Assembly (NCBI GenBank): GCA_965223265.1
Contig: OZ244999.1
Coordinates: forward strand, 5,280,001-5,344,000
Direction: 5' to 3'
DNA length: 64,000 bases
Source of the DNA: Planctomycetota bacterium
GTDB taxonomy: Bacteria > Planctomycetota > UBA8108 > SXIK01
A program made the translations under genes and the position numbers. Below the pieces are notes generated by a model. That model was not told where the DNA came from. It worked only from the letters and a program-made list of their open reading frames with translations, and searched no databases. Positions 8,992 to 18,784 of the stretch are shown here, piece by piece; position 1 is the first letter of the stretch, and each line of letters begins with the position of its first letter.

Positions 8992-10245
8992 TCAATCGCC
9001 GTGCAGGACCCAGGCCCGATTGAACGTCGCGTACTTGATCGATTTCTGTTCGTGCGGCTGCTTCAGCTGGTAGCTGTAACTCACGTGGAAGCGGCCGTCG
9101 CGTCCCTCGACAATCGACGGATAATGGAACAAGCCCTCGCCCGGTTGCCACTTCTCGAGGTGGCGGGTCCATTTCCACGTCTGGCCCTCGTCGTCGGAAA
9201 TGGAAACGGCGAGCGAATGCCGGGACTCTTCGAGATCGTTGTAGACGCAGATCCAGTCGCGGCCGGAAGTGTTGGCCACTTCGAGTCCGGCGCCGGGGTT
9301 GAGCAACACGGGATGGTCGTAGACCGGGCCCCAAGTCTCGCCACGGTCTTTGGACTCGGCGACCATGACGCGTTTGGGCGGCGGACCGTTGTCGCGCATG
9401 TAGGCCACGACGGTCCCGTCCTTCTTCTGCGCAAAGCTCGGCTGCACGTTGCCTGCGCCTACGATAGGGTCACTGGTGCGCCAGCGTTTTCCGCCGTCGT
9501 CGGTAATGGCGACCAGGGAGAAGTCGAAGCGGTCGGAGTACAGACCGAGCAGCATGCGGCCGTCATCGAGAATCTTCGGATGCGCCCGCGCGAACCAGCC
9601 CATACGCCGAATGAGGCGATCGCTGGCGTCTGAGTAAATGCGTTCGGCCCGCGACCTCGCCGCCTTGGACGGATTTGGTCCGAGCATCGCCTCGTACTTC
9701 TGGCGGATCACATCAGCAAAGTTGCCCGGCCTGGGGACCTCCACCTTCTCGTCCACGCCTGCAGCGCGGACCACCTTGTCCGGCTCGAGAAAGAGGTTCT
9801 CCATCAGATTCCATTCGGGTGCTCGATCCGCAATACAGTAGTTCGTCGAGATCTTGTAGTGCATCTGGGCGGTGTCGAAGCCTCGTGCCAACAGCGTAGA
9901 CCACAGGATCCAGAGTCGCGCCTGATGGTCAATGATCATGCATGGGTTGTTGTCCGGAAAACCCGAGGTGTCCGCCATGACGAACGGTTTCGACCATCCC
10001 CCCGTCCCGCCGTGTTTCACCTTGCGCGCACCCACGACCGCTACGTTATGCCCGCGCTCGCCCCGACCGCGGTACCAACAGATGATGATGTCGCCGTTGA
10101 TCGCCTCCACGATGCACGACCCGTGATGGTTGATCCCCGACTCTAACGGAAACAACAACTCCGACTCCATAAACGGCTCTTCCGCCCCTGCCGCGGGCAG
10201 GACCAGGAGCACCAGGACCGCTGTCATCGTCAGTGTGCGATCCAT
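8992..10245 (-). CDS. Secreted sialidase-like BNR/Asp-box propeller protein
   Basis: Signal peptide; Asp-boxes TDDGGKRW, SKDRGETW, SDDEGQTW; C-terminal YPSI. Confidence 0.85.
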   Translation of the reverse strand: MDRTLTMTAVLVLLVLPAAGAEEPFMESELLFPLESGINHHGSCIVEAINGDIIICWYRGRGERGHNVAVVGARKVKHGGTGGWSKPFVMADTSGFPDNNPCMIIDHQARLWILWSTLLARGFDTAQMHYKISTNYCIADRAPEWNLMENLFLEPDKVVRAAGVDEKVEVPRPGNFADVIRQKYEAMLGPNPSKAARSRAERIYSDASDRLIRRMGWFARAHPKILDDGRMLLGLYSDRFDFSLVAITDDGGKRWRTSDPIVGAGNVQPSFAQKKDGTVVAYMRDNGPPPKRVMVAESKDRGETWGPVYDHPVLLNPGAGLEVANTSGRDWICVYNDLEESRHSLAVSISDDEGQTWKWTRHLEKWQPGEGLFHYPSIVEGRDGRFHVSYSYQLKQPHEQKSIKYATFNRAWVLHGD

Positions 10246-10307
10246 CGTACAGCTTCCCTCTCTTGGGTGTGAGTGATGTTCAGCGGCTTCGGTTAGACCG
10301 TCTGGCT

Positions 10308-12431
10308 CTACTCGGCACTTTGTGGCTCGCGCTCAAACGTCACCGCGTCGGCAATCACGAGTCCCGTGGAATCGCCAGCGTGGATCTCGACGAAGCCGTC
10401 CGCGCCCTCGTCGAAGTCGAATCTGCCGATGGTACGGGATGACGTCGGCTGCACCCGGACCCACTGGTCTCCCCCACCATGGTGCACCCGCACGTTCCAC
10501 TCGCCACCGTCAAGGAAAGGCGTCTCCGGGCGAAAGGAAACACGGTAGTGACCTGCCTGCAGATCGGGAGTGAACCGGGCGTACTCACCGTCCGCGGCCC
10601 GAGCTCCGTTCGTCAGGTAGAACCCGCGGTACCCCCGTCGCTCCGGCGGACACCGGGAGAAACGGTGCCCCACCCAGAAGTAGGAAGTGGCGTGGAAACC
10701 CGGGGCTTGGTCGTCGATCGTGACTTGCGCCGAGGGAAGCTCCGCTGGGACGCGAAGCTCCACGCGGAAGATGCCGGGCGAACCAACGGCCTCCGGGACG
10801 CTCACCGAGACCAGGGCCACTTGCAAGCCCAGCGGGACGGCACTCGCATCTGCCTCGACACGAACGCGCTGCTCGTTTCGATCCCCCTCGCGAGTCACCC
10901 GGAGCCACCCGGCCCTCCCAGCGTAGCGGATCTCAGGCTCGGCCGCTGGAGAGAGTGTTCCCCCTCCAACGTTGCGGAGCCGGACGATTGTCGACTCGGG
11001 CCTCGGTCGAGAAGGACGCGCCACGAATGCCACCGTGTGCGGGATCGAGCCGATAGGTCGCCCGTGAACGTCCAGAGCTCCAACCGGCCGTCGCCGGAAC
11101 GACGGCACGTCCACGGCGGCGAGAATGAGAGCGGGCTCGTCAAGCGGCTCGCCAGAGACCGCGATGTGTTGGGTGAGACGGACTCTGTTCTCGCCGTCGT
11201 CCACAGTGACCGTCACCGGATGCATGCCGGGGCGCGGGAATACGTGGACCAGCTCTCTTCCCCGTGCGAAGCCCCCATCACCGAAAGTCCAGTAGTACTC
11301 GCGCTTCGTACTCGCGCCCCCCGAAGCTCGCGCCGAAAAGCGTGCCCGGCGGCCGGTGCGCACCGGCCGAGCGGGGTTCATGGCAACGCGCAGGTCCCCG
11401 CGTCGCGCCTTGCGATCCTCGAAGAGTTGCCAGAAGACGATCCACGGATCCAGATGTAGCACCTCAGGATGGTTCTGCGCCTGCTCGGACTCGTCATCGA
11501 AATCGATTGGCACAGCAATCGACTCGGGAGCCGTCGTAACCGCAGGCCCGACGCCGCTCCATCGCGGGCGCCCCACCTTGAACTCGAAATGGCTGTGCTC
11601 GTGACTGCCCACGTAAACTCCAGCTGTCGTCGCGTACACCGCACCGGCCTTCAAAGGCGTGTTCTGAGAGACCAGCAACTCGATGAGATGGTGCGACTGC
11701 AGCGCCCACACGTCACCGTTCGGCCAACGGCGGATTCCCCGCCATCGGTTGTTGTTGTGTCCCGTCTCCAAGCTGTTGAAGTACGCCTGGGTATCGAAGC
11801 CGATTGGCGCCGAGAGCTTGCTGCCCTTGGTGTGATTGACATCAAGACCTACATGGCAGGCTCGACCGAGGTAGGGTCCGAGATAGCAGTCGTCGCCGTT
11901 GTAGCAATCCGCGACATTCAGGGAGTCGCGCTCGTCAGCAATCCATGGCTTCACCTCTTCGGGGCAAATGCGCAGCTGGGCGTCCTGCAGAGCAAAGCGG
12001 GCTCGCTTTCGCGGTAGGCACCGGAGATTGCCCTTCCGCGGGTAGCGGATGGGCACATGGTCGAACACGTCCCGGACCGTATCCAGCCACAGTCGCACGC
12101 CGTGAATCATGTAGGGCTCGTAGAAGCACTCCTGGCTGCAGACGTAGCGCGCGAGCGTTATAGATTGGCCGGAGATGCGCACACGAGCGCTGAAGTAATA
12201 GATGATGCCACCCGGCTCGACACGCTCGATGATGCGGGCCTCGGTGTCTTCCAGAACCATCTCGAAGACGTGTCCGTCGCTAAGCCGGAACTTCAGGCGG
12301 TCGCCGAGATCCATCTCCAGCGCAGTGAGGGTGTCTTTCGCGGTAAGCTCTATGGCCTCCTCCGCGCCCAACCGGACTGCAGCCACCAGAAGCCAAGGCG
12401 CGAGAGAGCACGCAAGTCCTGTTCGCCGCAT
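10308..12431 (-). CDS. Secreted multidomain protein: M23-like motifs, PKD, BACON-like and golvesin-like C-terminal domains
   Basis: Signal peptide; HVGLD and HSHFE; YYWTFGDG...HVF..PG..PVTVTVDDG (PKD); RFTPDLQAGHY...VIADAV (golvesin-like). Confidence 0.7.
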   Translation of the reverse strand: MRRTGLACSLAPWLLVAAVRLGAEEAIELTAKDTLTALEMDLGDRLKFRLSDGHVFEMVLEDTEARIIERVEPGGIIYYFSARVRISGQSITLARYVCSQECFYEPYMIHGVRLWLDTVRDVFDHVPIRYPRKGNLRCLPRKRARFALQDAQLRICPEEVKPWIADERDSLNVADCYNGDDCYLGPYLGRACHVGLDVNHTKGSKLSAPIGFDTQAYFNSLETGHNNNRWRGIRRWPNGDVWALQSHHLIELLVSQNTPLKAGAVYATTAGVYVGSHEHSHFEFKVGRPRWSGVGPAVTTAPESIAVPIDFDDESEQAQNHPEVLHLDPWIVFWQLFEDRKARRGDLRVAMNPARPVRTGRRARFSARASGGASTKREYYWTFGDGGFARGRELVHVFPRPGMHPVTVTVDDGENRVRLTQHIAVSGEPLDEPALILAAVDVPSFRRRPVGALDVHGRPIGSIPHTVAFVARPSRPRPESTIVRLRNVGGGTLSPAAEPEIRYAGRAGWLRVTREGDRNEQRVRVEADASAVPLGLQVALVSVSVPEAVGSPGIFRVELRVPAELPSAQVTIDDQAPGFHATSYFWVGHRFSRCPPERRGYRGFYLTNGARAADGEYARFTPDLQAGHYRVSFRPETPFLDGGEWNVRVHHGGGDQWVRVQPTSSRTIGRFDFDEGADGFVEIHAGDSTGLVIADAVTFEREPQSAE

Positions 12432-12611
12432 AAATCCCTCCAGCAGGCCACGGTTCGATCGTGTCGGAGCAGATTGTACACGAAAGGGGGAGTCTTCATC
12501 GAATCAGGGCGGCGCGGAGCGGGTCATTGTTCAGACTCTGCCGCTTCCCCAACTATGAAGCGAGCCGGGCAGGATCGGCGGGATCCTCCAGTCGTTACTG
12601 CACCCATCTGA

Positions 12612-13823
12612 TCAGGGTTTCAGCCGTTCCATCACGCGGGCAAGGCGTTTCCGAACTTCCGGGGCCTGGTTAACCCGCAGCGGATTTTCCTCTTGCGGAT
12701 CGTTCTTCATGTCGTACAAGTCGCCGCTGCGGTAGAGCTTCCAATACTTGTCGCGAACCCACGCCCTGCCGTTCCATTCAGTGAACACCCACTCGCGCGG
12801 GTTGCCTCGTTCACCACGGAGCTGCCCTGCGAAGCTTCGGCCATCGATCACCAGGTCGCTGGGTAACTTCGCGCCGGCAAGGTCCGCCAACGTCGGCAGG
12901 AAATCCGTGAAGTCGATCAGATCGTCATTAGTTTCGTTGGCCGGCACGGTCCTCGGCCAGTTCGCGATCAGCGGAACACGGGTTCCGTTGTCGGTGAGCC
13001 GCGCTTTGCCGCCCCTGATCTTGCGGTCGCCGAGCAGCGACACCTCTGAGGTCGGTGATCCGTTGTCGGCGGTAAACAGAATCAGCGTGCGATCGCGCAG
13101 CTCGAGCCGATCGAGTGCCGCGACGAGCTTGCCGACCATTGCGTCCATGGAGGCCACCATCTCGCCGAACGTCAGGTGTCCGCGCCCTTCGGGCGCTGGC
13201 TCGTTCCGTTTGGGGTAGTGCGTCAGGCACATGGGGTAATAGGCGAGGAACGGTCGATCTCGGTTTTGCTCCATGAATTCAATCAGGAAGTCCGTGTAGA
13301 CATCCGGACCGTACCGATCTTTGACGCCGGCCATCATCTTCTCGTTGCGATAGATCATCGGCTGCCAATAGCGCGGCCCCTCGTGCCACGCCCAGACGGC
13401 ACTCGCCTGGAACCCGAAACGCTGCACTCGCTGCGGATCGTCGGCGATTCTTCCCAACTGCCACTTCCCTGCCAAGGCCGTCCTGTAGCCGACGCGTTGG
13501 AGCACGTGACCGAACGTGGTTGCGTTTTCGGGGATATGCCCCCACTTCATCGTGGTCCTCACCGTATACCGCCCTGTCAGAATCGTGACACGGGACGGAC
13601 TGCACTTGGGCGTGGAGAAGCAGTTGTCGAATCGCAGCCCGCTCTTGGCCAAGGCATCAAGATGCGGTGTGCGATACGAGCGCCCCCCGTAGGCTCCCAG
13701 ACACTCGTAGCCCAGGTCGTCGGCCATGATCAGAAGAACGTTGGCCCGTTCAGCGGCACGCACGACCGCGGTGATCGACAGTCCGACGCAGAGCGGCACA
13801 GCCAGAAGAAGGCGATTGAACAT
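12612..13823 (-). CDS. Sulfatase (formylglycine-dependent)
   Basis: NVLLIMADDLG, CSPSR, GKWQLG and TADNG motifs; signal peptide. Confidence 0.93.
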   Translation of the reverse strand: MFNRLLLAVPLCVGLSITAVVRAAERANVLLIMADDLGYECLGAYGGRSYRTPHLDALAKSGLRFDNCFSTPKCSPSRVTILTGRYTVRTTMKWGHIPENATTFGHVLQRVGYRTALAGKWQLGRIADDPQRVQRFGFQASAVWAWHEGPRYWQPMIYRNEKMMAGVKDRYGPDVYTDFLIEFMEQNRDRPFLAYYPMCLTHYPKRNEPAPEGRGHLTFGEMVASMDAMVGKLVAALDRLELRDRTLILFTADNGSPTSEVSLLGDRKIRGGKARLTDNGTRVPLIANWPRTVPANETNDDLIDFTDFLPTLADLAGAKLPSDLVIDGRSFAGQLRGERGNPREWVFTEWNGRAWVRDKYWKLYRSGDLYDMKNDPQEENPLRVNQAPEVRKRLARVMERLKP

Positions 13824-13878
13824 TCCAAGAGACTACTATCAGGCTGTGCGAGTGTCGAGTGGGTGCGGCGTAACGTTA

Positions 13879-13974
13879 CCTCGAGTTTGGCCATTTCGCG
13901 TCGAGCCCGTTCCCGTAAGGGTTCAACAAGACGACGGGTACCTCAAGAGTGGCCTCAAGCCCGGACTCAACGCG
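13879..13974 (+). repeat. Repeat family B, left end plus degenerate interior
   Basis: CCTCGAGTTTGGCCATTTCGCGTCGAGCC matches the ends at 24762 and 34745. Confidence 0.7.
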
Positions 13975-14020
13975 GTCCGGAAACGCTCGCGCAACGGTAC
14001 AAACCACCCGCGATGAAAAA

Positions 14021-14109
<89 letters not shown>

Positions 14110-14264
14110 GCACGTATTCTCAACTCGCCATCAAGTCGCGAATCACCAAATGACGTCTTGCGTTTCCTCTTCCACGTCGCCGCTGTGTTGCCGGAGGCGT
14201 TCCCTGCTGTCGACGCCATCACGCCTCGAGCGGTTCGCCATGGCTGCGGCTACAATCAAAACTT

Positions 14265-14354
14265 TGGCGGAGAGGCAGGGATTCGAACCCTGGGAATCCC
14301 AAAGGATTCACTGGTTTTCGAAACCAGCCCGTTCGGCCGCTCCGGCACCTCTCC
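14265..14354 (-). tRNA. tRNA-Ser(CGA)
   Basis: CTGGT-TTCGAAA-ACCAG anticodon arm, long variable arm, CCA end. Confidence 0.96.
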
Positions 14355-14371
14355 GCTCTTGTAACCGGCGT

Positions 14372-14400
14372 AACTTACAACTTTGCTCCATGCACATCCA
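14372..14400 (-). promoter_or_regulatory. Putative sigma70 promoter of tRNA-Ser(CGA)
   Basis: TGGATG-17bp-TAAGTT; the same layout is conserved upstream of tRNA-Ser(TGA). Confidence 0.6.
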
Positions 14401-14704
14401 CCCCAGAATGCGCAGGAAATCGTGGCCGGCTTCGAGCCACTCGCTGATTCAGCTCTGCGGGTGCTCCGGAAGTTTGGTGCGGGCGACGCAAGAAAGATCC
14501 AGAGCCTAGCCGAGGCGCAGGACGAGCGTACCGGCGCCCGGCGTGCGCCTCGCCACGCGCGAGCGGAAGGGCGGACGATGCTGCCCCAACGCGGAGTCTA
14601 TAGGACTCCCCATCACTCTTCCTCGCATCCAAGGGTTGCGAGGAAGAGTGGATATTCTTTGAATCTTCTTATTTCCTTCACATTCCCCGCGCGATGATGT
14701 CGGC

Positions 14705-15391
14705 ATGGCTCAAGAAACCGTACTCCTGATCGAAGACGAGCGCGACCTGATCGAAGTCGTCGAGTACAACCTGAAGCGCGAGGGTTTCCAAGTCATCAGC
14801 ACGACAAACGGCGAGAAGGGACTGGACCTCGCCAAGCAGAAGCGACCCGCCGTCGTTCTTCTGGACCTCATGCTTCCGGGCCTCGATGGCATCGAAGTCG
14901 CCAAGCGACTGCGCGCCGACCCCTTGACGCGCGACATCGCCATCATCATGCTCACCGCCAAGAGTGAGGAGAGCGACGTCGTGTTGGGGCTCGGCGTCGG
15001 CGCCGACGACTACGTCACCAAACCGTTTCGCGTCAAAGAGCTGATCGCTCGCATTCGAACCGTACTGCGACGCGGCCGCCTGCAAGACGACCTGCCGACA
15101 GGGGAGCGGATCGAACGCTCGGGCCTGGTGATCGACGGAGCCAAGTATGAAGTCACCCTCGATGGCGCTCCCGTCGCGATGACCTTGACCGAATTCAAGC
15201 TACTGTCGACGCTCGCCAGTGCTCCAGGGCGAGTGTTCCCACGCGACATGCTGCTGCAGAAGATGCAAGGTGACGTCTGGGTGGACGAGCGCAACATCGA
15301 TGTACACATTCGCTCGATCCGAAAGAAGCTCGGCAAAAGAAGTGATTTCATCGTCACCGTTCGCGGTGTAGGCTACAAATTCAAGGAATGA
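14705..15391 (+). CDS. OmpR/PhoB-family response regulator
   Basis: Receiver domain (EDE, LLDLMLP, TAK, KPF) plus winged helix (RNIDVHI, VRGVGY); PhoB-like. Confidence 0.92.
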   Translation: MAQETVLLIEDERDLIEVVEYNLKREGFQVISTTNGEKGLDLAKQKRPAVVLLDLMLPGLDGIEVAKRLRADPLTRDIAIIMLTAKSEESDVVLGLGVGADDYVTKPFRVKELIARIRTVLRRGRLQDDLPTGERIERSGLVIDGAKYEVTLDGAPVAMTLTEFKLLSTLASAPGRVFPRDMLLQKMQGDVWVDERNIDVHIRSIRKKLGKRSDFIVTVRGVGYKFKE

Positions 15392-15557
15392 TCTTCGCGC
15401 CGTCTTCTGCTTGTTGAGTTTGGCCCTCACGTTCGAACACGAACCATCGCATGCGACTGCCTCAAAGTTCGGCTGGCGGCCCGTTCGCTGTGCGGCCCGT
15501 TGACGCCACGATGCTGCAAGCGGGCGTCTCTAAGGCAGTGCGTCGTGACCTCCGCCT

Positions 15558-16889
15558 ATGCGTTTCCATTGGATCTACTATCTGCTCGCGCTGATTCCCA
15601 TCGGGTTAGCCGCCTTCGCCACTGGCTGGATAGGCTTCGCCTGCGGCGCCGTCTTGGCGCTACTGGGTGTGTACGGCATTCTGCGCTCAGTCGGTGTGCA
15701 GCTCACAGCGCTCGAACGAGCGACGAAAGTGATCGCCGCAGACCCGCCGGTCGGCGAGGCATCATCGCAGCTCGGTCGTGAGCGCCTACAGCTGTCCGGT
15801 AATCTCGACGGTGTCGCGTCGTCACTCGGCAAGCGCGTGCGGCGAATTCATGAGGACAAGCGAAGTGTAGAGGCCGTGTTGGCCGCTCTGCCCGAGGGTG
15901 TCGTCGTCCTGTATCCCAACGGCGAGATCACACTCATGAATCGTACGGCGAAAAACCTTCTCGGGTTCGACGCAGATCTCGTAGAAACGTCGAATGCACC
16001 GCTCCTGCGGATCCTTCGCGAACTTGCCGAAAAGGTGACGCAAAACGATGAACCTGCGACCTCGGAATTCAGCCATGAACATCGACGCGTCCACGTCACT
16101 GCGATGCCTCTGGAGGCGTTCCCAGGGATACTCCTCATCATCGACGACGTCACAGAGGTTCGTCAGCTCGAGACGATCCGTCGCGACTTCGTTGCGAACG
16201 TGTCGCACGAACTCAAGACCCCCCTGACGGCGATTCGCGCCTACGTCGAAACGCTCATCGACGGAGGCTTGGATGACACCGTCCACAATCGTCGCTTTTT
16301 GGAGAAGATCGATGCGAATGCGCGACGCCTGTCGCTTCTCCTGACCGACCTATTGACACTGTCACGGATCGAGTCCGGCAAGGCGATCGGCGAGCGAACT
16401 CAGGTCGACGTCTGCCGCACCTTGGCCGACTCCTACCAGCGACTCGCGACACTCGCAGAAGAAAAGCAAATCGAAGTCGAAGTCACGCTCCCCTCCGAAC
16501 CCCTCCATCTTCTCGGAGATGTCGAGGCGCTGCAGCAGATACTCGACAACCTCATCGCCAATGCCATCAAATACACCGAGCCGGAGGGACACGTCACGAT
16601 CGCCGCGGAGCACAAAGCCGATCGGATCATCATCGAGGTAGTCGATACGGGAATCGGCATCCCAGAGGACGACTTGCCGCGCATCTTTGAGCGCTTCTAC
16701 CGCGTCGACAAGGCTCGCTCGCGCGAGCAAGGAGGCACGGGCCTCGGTCTCTCCATCGTGAAACACTACACCCAAGCCCTAGACGGCGAAATCAAAGTCA
16801 CGAGCACTGTCGGCAAAGGGTCGAAGTTTTCGCTCGAGTTTCCCAGCGCCTTGAGATCGAGTCAAAGACCGGAGGTCGCAGCGCGATGA
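15558..16889 (+). CDS. PhoR-like sensor histidine kinase (PAS, HisKA, HATPase)
   Basis: RRDFVANVSHELKTPL, NLIANAIKY, DTGIGI and FERFYRVDKARSR..GGTGLGL motifs. Confidence 0.92.
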   Translation: MRFHWIYYLLALIPIGLAAFATGWIGFACGAVLALLGVYGILRSVGVQLTALERATKVIAADPPVGEASSQLGRERLQLSGNLDGVASSLGKRVRRIHEDKRSVEAVLAALPEGVVVLYPNGEITLMNRTAKNLLGFDADLVETSNAPLLRILRELAEKVTQNDEPATSEFSHEHRRVHVTAMPLEAFPGILLIIDDVTEVRQLETIRRDFVANVSHELKTPLTAIRAYVETLIDGGLDDTVHNRRFLEKIDANARRLSLLLTDLLTLSRIESGKAIGERTQVDVCRTLADSYQRLATLAEEKQIEVEVTLPSEPLHLLGDVEALQQILDNLIANAIKYTEPEGHVTIAAEHKADRIIIEVVDTGIGIPEDDLPRIFERFYRVDKARSREQGGTGLGLSIVKHYTQALDGEIKVTSTVGKGSKFSLEFPSALRSSQRPEVAAR

Positions 16890-17371
16890 TCCGCCCAGAC
16901 GACCGCCGAGCCGCCTCCGACCAAAGCGCCTACGCGGGAGAGATCAATCGCCGACGATTTCTTCGTCGGACAGCACTGGCGTGTAGCGTGGGCTTCTCAG
17001 GCTGCACGGCCCCACCTCGATCTGTGCGACTCGACGCCACACACGCGCGTGGCTCGAGTCGCGTGCAACTGGAACTCGCGCAACTGCCAGAGCTGAGCCT
17101 CCCCCACGGCGTGGTCAGACTGTTAACCCCGTCGCAAACGTTTTTCTTACGCCGACAAGCAAACGGCGAACTCACCACGGTCTCGGCGGTTTGTCCTCAT
17201 CAGCGCTGTCTCGTCCGGCCCACCAAACGCGGGTTCGCGTGCCCGTGCCACGGTTCCAAGTTCACGGCGCGAGGAGATCGTACGGCCGGTCCGGCTCGCG
17301 AGGGCCTCGAGCGCATCGTCACCACCGAGAGGGAAGGGATCGTGACACTCGACGGAATCGCGGCACGCTGA
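16886..17371 (+). CDS. Rieske [2Fe-2S] protein with Tat-like signal
   Basis: NRRRFL; CPHQRC and CPCHGS motifs; ATGA overlap with the kinase gene. Confidence 0.82.
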   Translation: MIRPDDRRAASDQSAYAGEINRRRFLRRTALACSVGFSGCTAPPRSVRLDATHARGSSRVQLELAQLPELSLPHGVVRLLTPSQTFFLRRQANGELTTVSAVCPHQRCLVRPTKRGFACPCHGSKFTARGDRTAGPAREGLERIVTTEREGIVTLDGIAAR

Positions 17372-17461
17372 TGCCAGCGTCGAGCTGAACCCAGGATTTG
17401 AGCTCGCCACGCGCTCAATCATCTATGAGCCTGATCGCAGGCCGCTTCGTACGGTGGGCGT

Positions 17462-18766
17462 CTACGGTAGCGGATCGTCGTTTGGATCGGTCGCGTCTCC
17501 GAGTTGGACAGTACCCGGAGGCGCAAGCAACTTGACGGTGCGAACTCTGCCTTCGTCGAGTTCGGCATCGGGTTCGTCGTCGGTATTCTGCGGCTGAACG
17601 CGCCACCAACGCTGCCATACCGCCTTGCTGCGCAGATGGGTTTGCCGAGTCAGTCGCTGAAGTGCGCGCGTCGCGTCGCGCTCCAGCTGAGCGTCATCGA
17701 GGAGTTGAATCAGAAAGGGAATCGCGCGTTCGTCGCCGTGGCGTGCTACGGCGAACATCGACGCACGTCGGATTTCCTTCTCTCGGCTATCGACGAGTTG
17801 CCGTAGGACGAAATCTTGAGCACTCTCGACGTCGCACCGACCGAGTGCGCCGATCACGGCAACTCGAACATTGATGCGACCGTCTGTCGAAAAAATATCG
17901 ATCAAGGCTCCCACGTCGCGCCCGCGTGCGAAGATTCCCAGCTGCGTGATGAGGACAGTCCGCAAGTCGAGAAGGCGGGAAGTTTCAGCGCGTCGCCGGA
18001 TGAGATCGCCGAGTTCCCGCGTGCGTCGTGGCTCAACGCGCCTGAGGGCGCGCAGCACCAGGTCAGAGTGCGCGCTTCTCGACACCACCAACCGAATCAG
18101 CCGATCCCATGTCTTGACATCGCCGCTCTTAGCTGCCGCGATGAACGCGGCGACCTGACCGTCGCGCCGCGCCACGTCCAGCAACACCTCCGCGGCTGCC
18201 CCATCATCGAAGGCGGCAAGAGCGTTTAGGATACTCGGTGGGCATGGCCTGACTCGCTGAGCCGCTTTCGTGAGAGCTGACAGCACGCCAGAGGTCGAAC
18301 CTGCCGCCCGTGTGGCGACGGGCGTGAGGATGTCAATGAGTTCAACGCGCTCTGTCGAACCGAGAGCGGTAAGCACCGCGGCAGCATCTTCTGCCGCAGT
18401 CTCTTCCAATTGCCTCAAGATCAGGTCCTGCTTGCCTTCGAGGCGAGCGCGCGCCGCCCGCAGCTCTCGGACCTCAAGCGGTGGTGGCTGCTCGTTCAGT
18501 TCGTCTTGACGGCGAAACGGCCAAGCCGCCTCGATCTGTCGGTCGACGGACGCCATCTGATCGAGCGAGGCGACCAGTTTCTTCAGCAGGGCAGGAGCCG
18601 CAGCGGCGTTCGCGGTGGACGACAGCCGCTCGCGCGCCACAGCAGGCACATGGGCGACCATCAGAAGGCATACAAGCACGATCCGACTCGGCGACCCAAG
18701 TCTCTGCAGGAGGTTCGGTAACTTCTTACGGCACACGTCAAGACCCTCGAGATGTCGCGGTTTCAC
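17462..18766 (-). CDS. HEAT-repeat protein, cassette copy 1
   Basis: HEAT-like helices (VRVAVIGALG, AIPFLIQLL); paralog of 21694-23013. Confidence 0.75.
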   Translation of the reverse strand: MKPRHLEGLDVCRKKLPNLLQRLGSPSRIVLVCLLMVAHVPAVARERLSSTANAAAAPALLKKLVASLDQMASVDRQIEAAWPFRRQDELNEQPPPLEVRELRAARARLEGKQDLILRQLEETAAEDAAAVLTALGSTERVELIDILTPVATRAAGSTSGVLSALTKAAQRVRPCPPSILNALAAFDDGAAAEVLLDVARRDGQVAAFIAAAKSGDVKTWDRLIRLVVSRSAHSDLVLRALRRVEPRRTRELGDLIRRRAETSRLLDLRTVLITQLGIFARGRDVGALIDIFSTDGRINVRVAVIGALGRCDVESAQDFVLRQLVDSREKEIRRASMFAVARHGDERAIPFLIQLLDDAQLERDATRALQRLTRQTHLRSKAVWQRWWRVQPQNTDDEPDAELDEGRVRTVKLLAPPGTVQLGDATDPNDDPLP

Positions 18767-18784
18767 TTGCCGACGGACCAGCGG

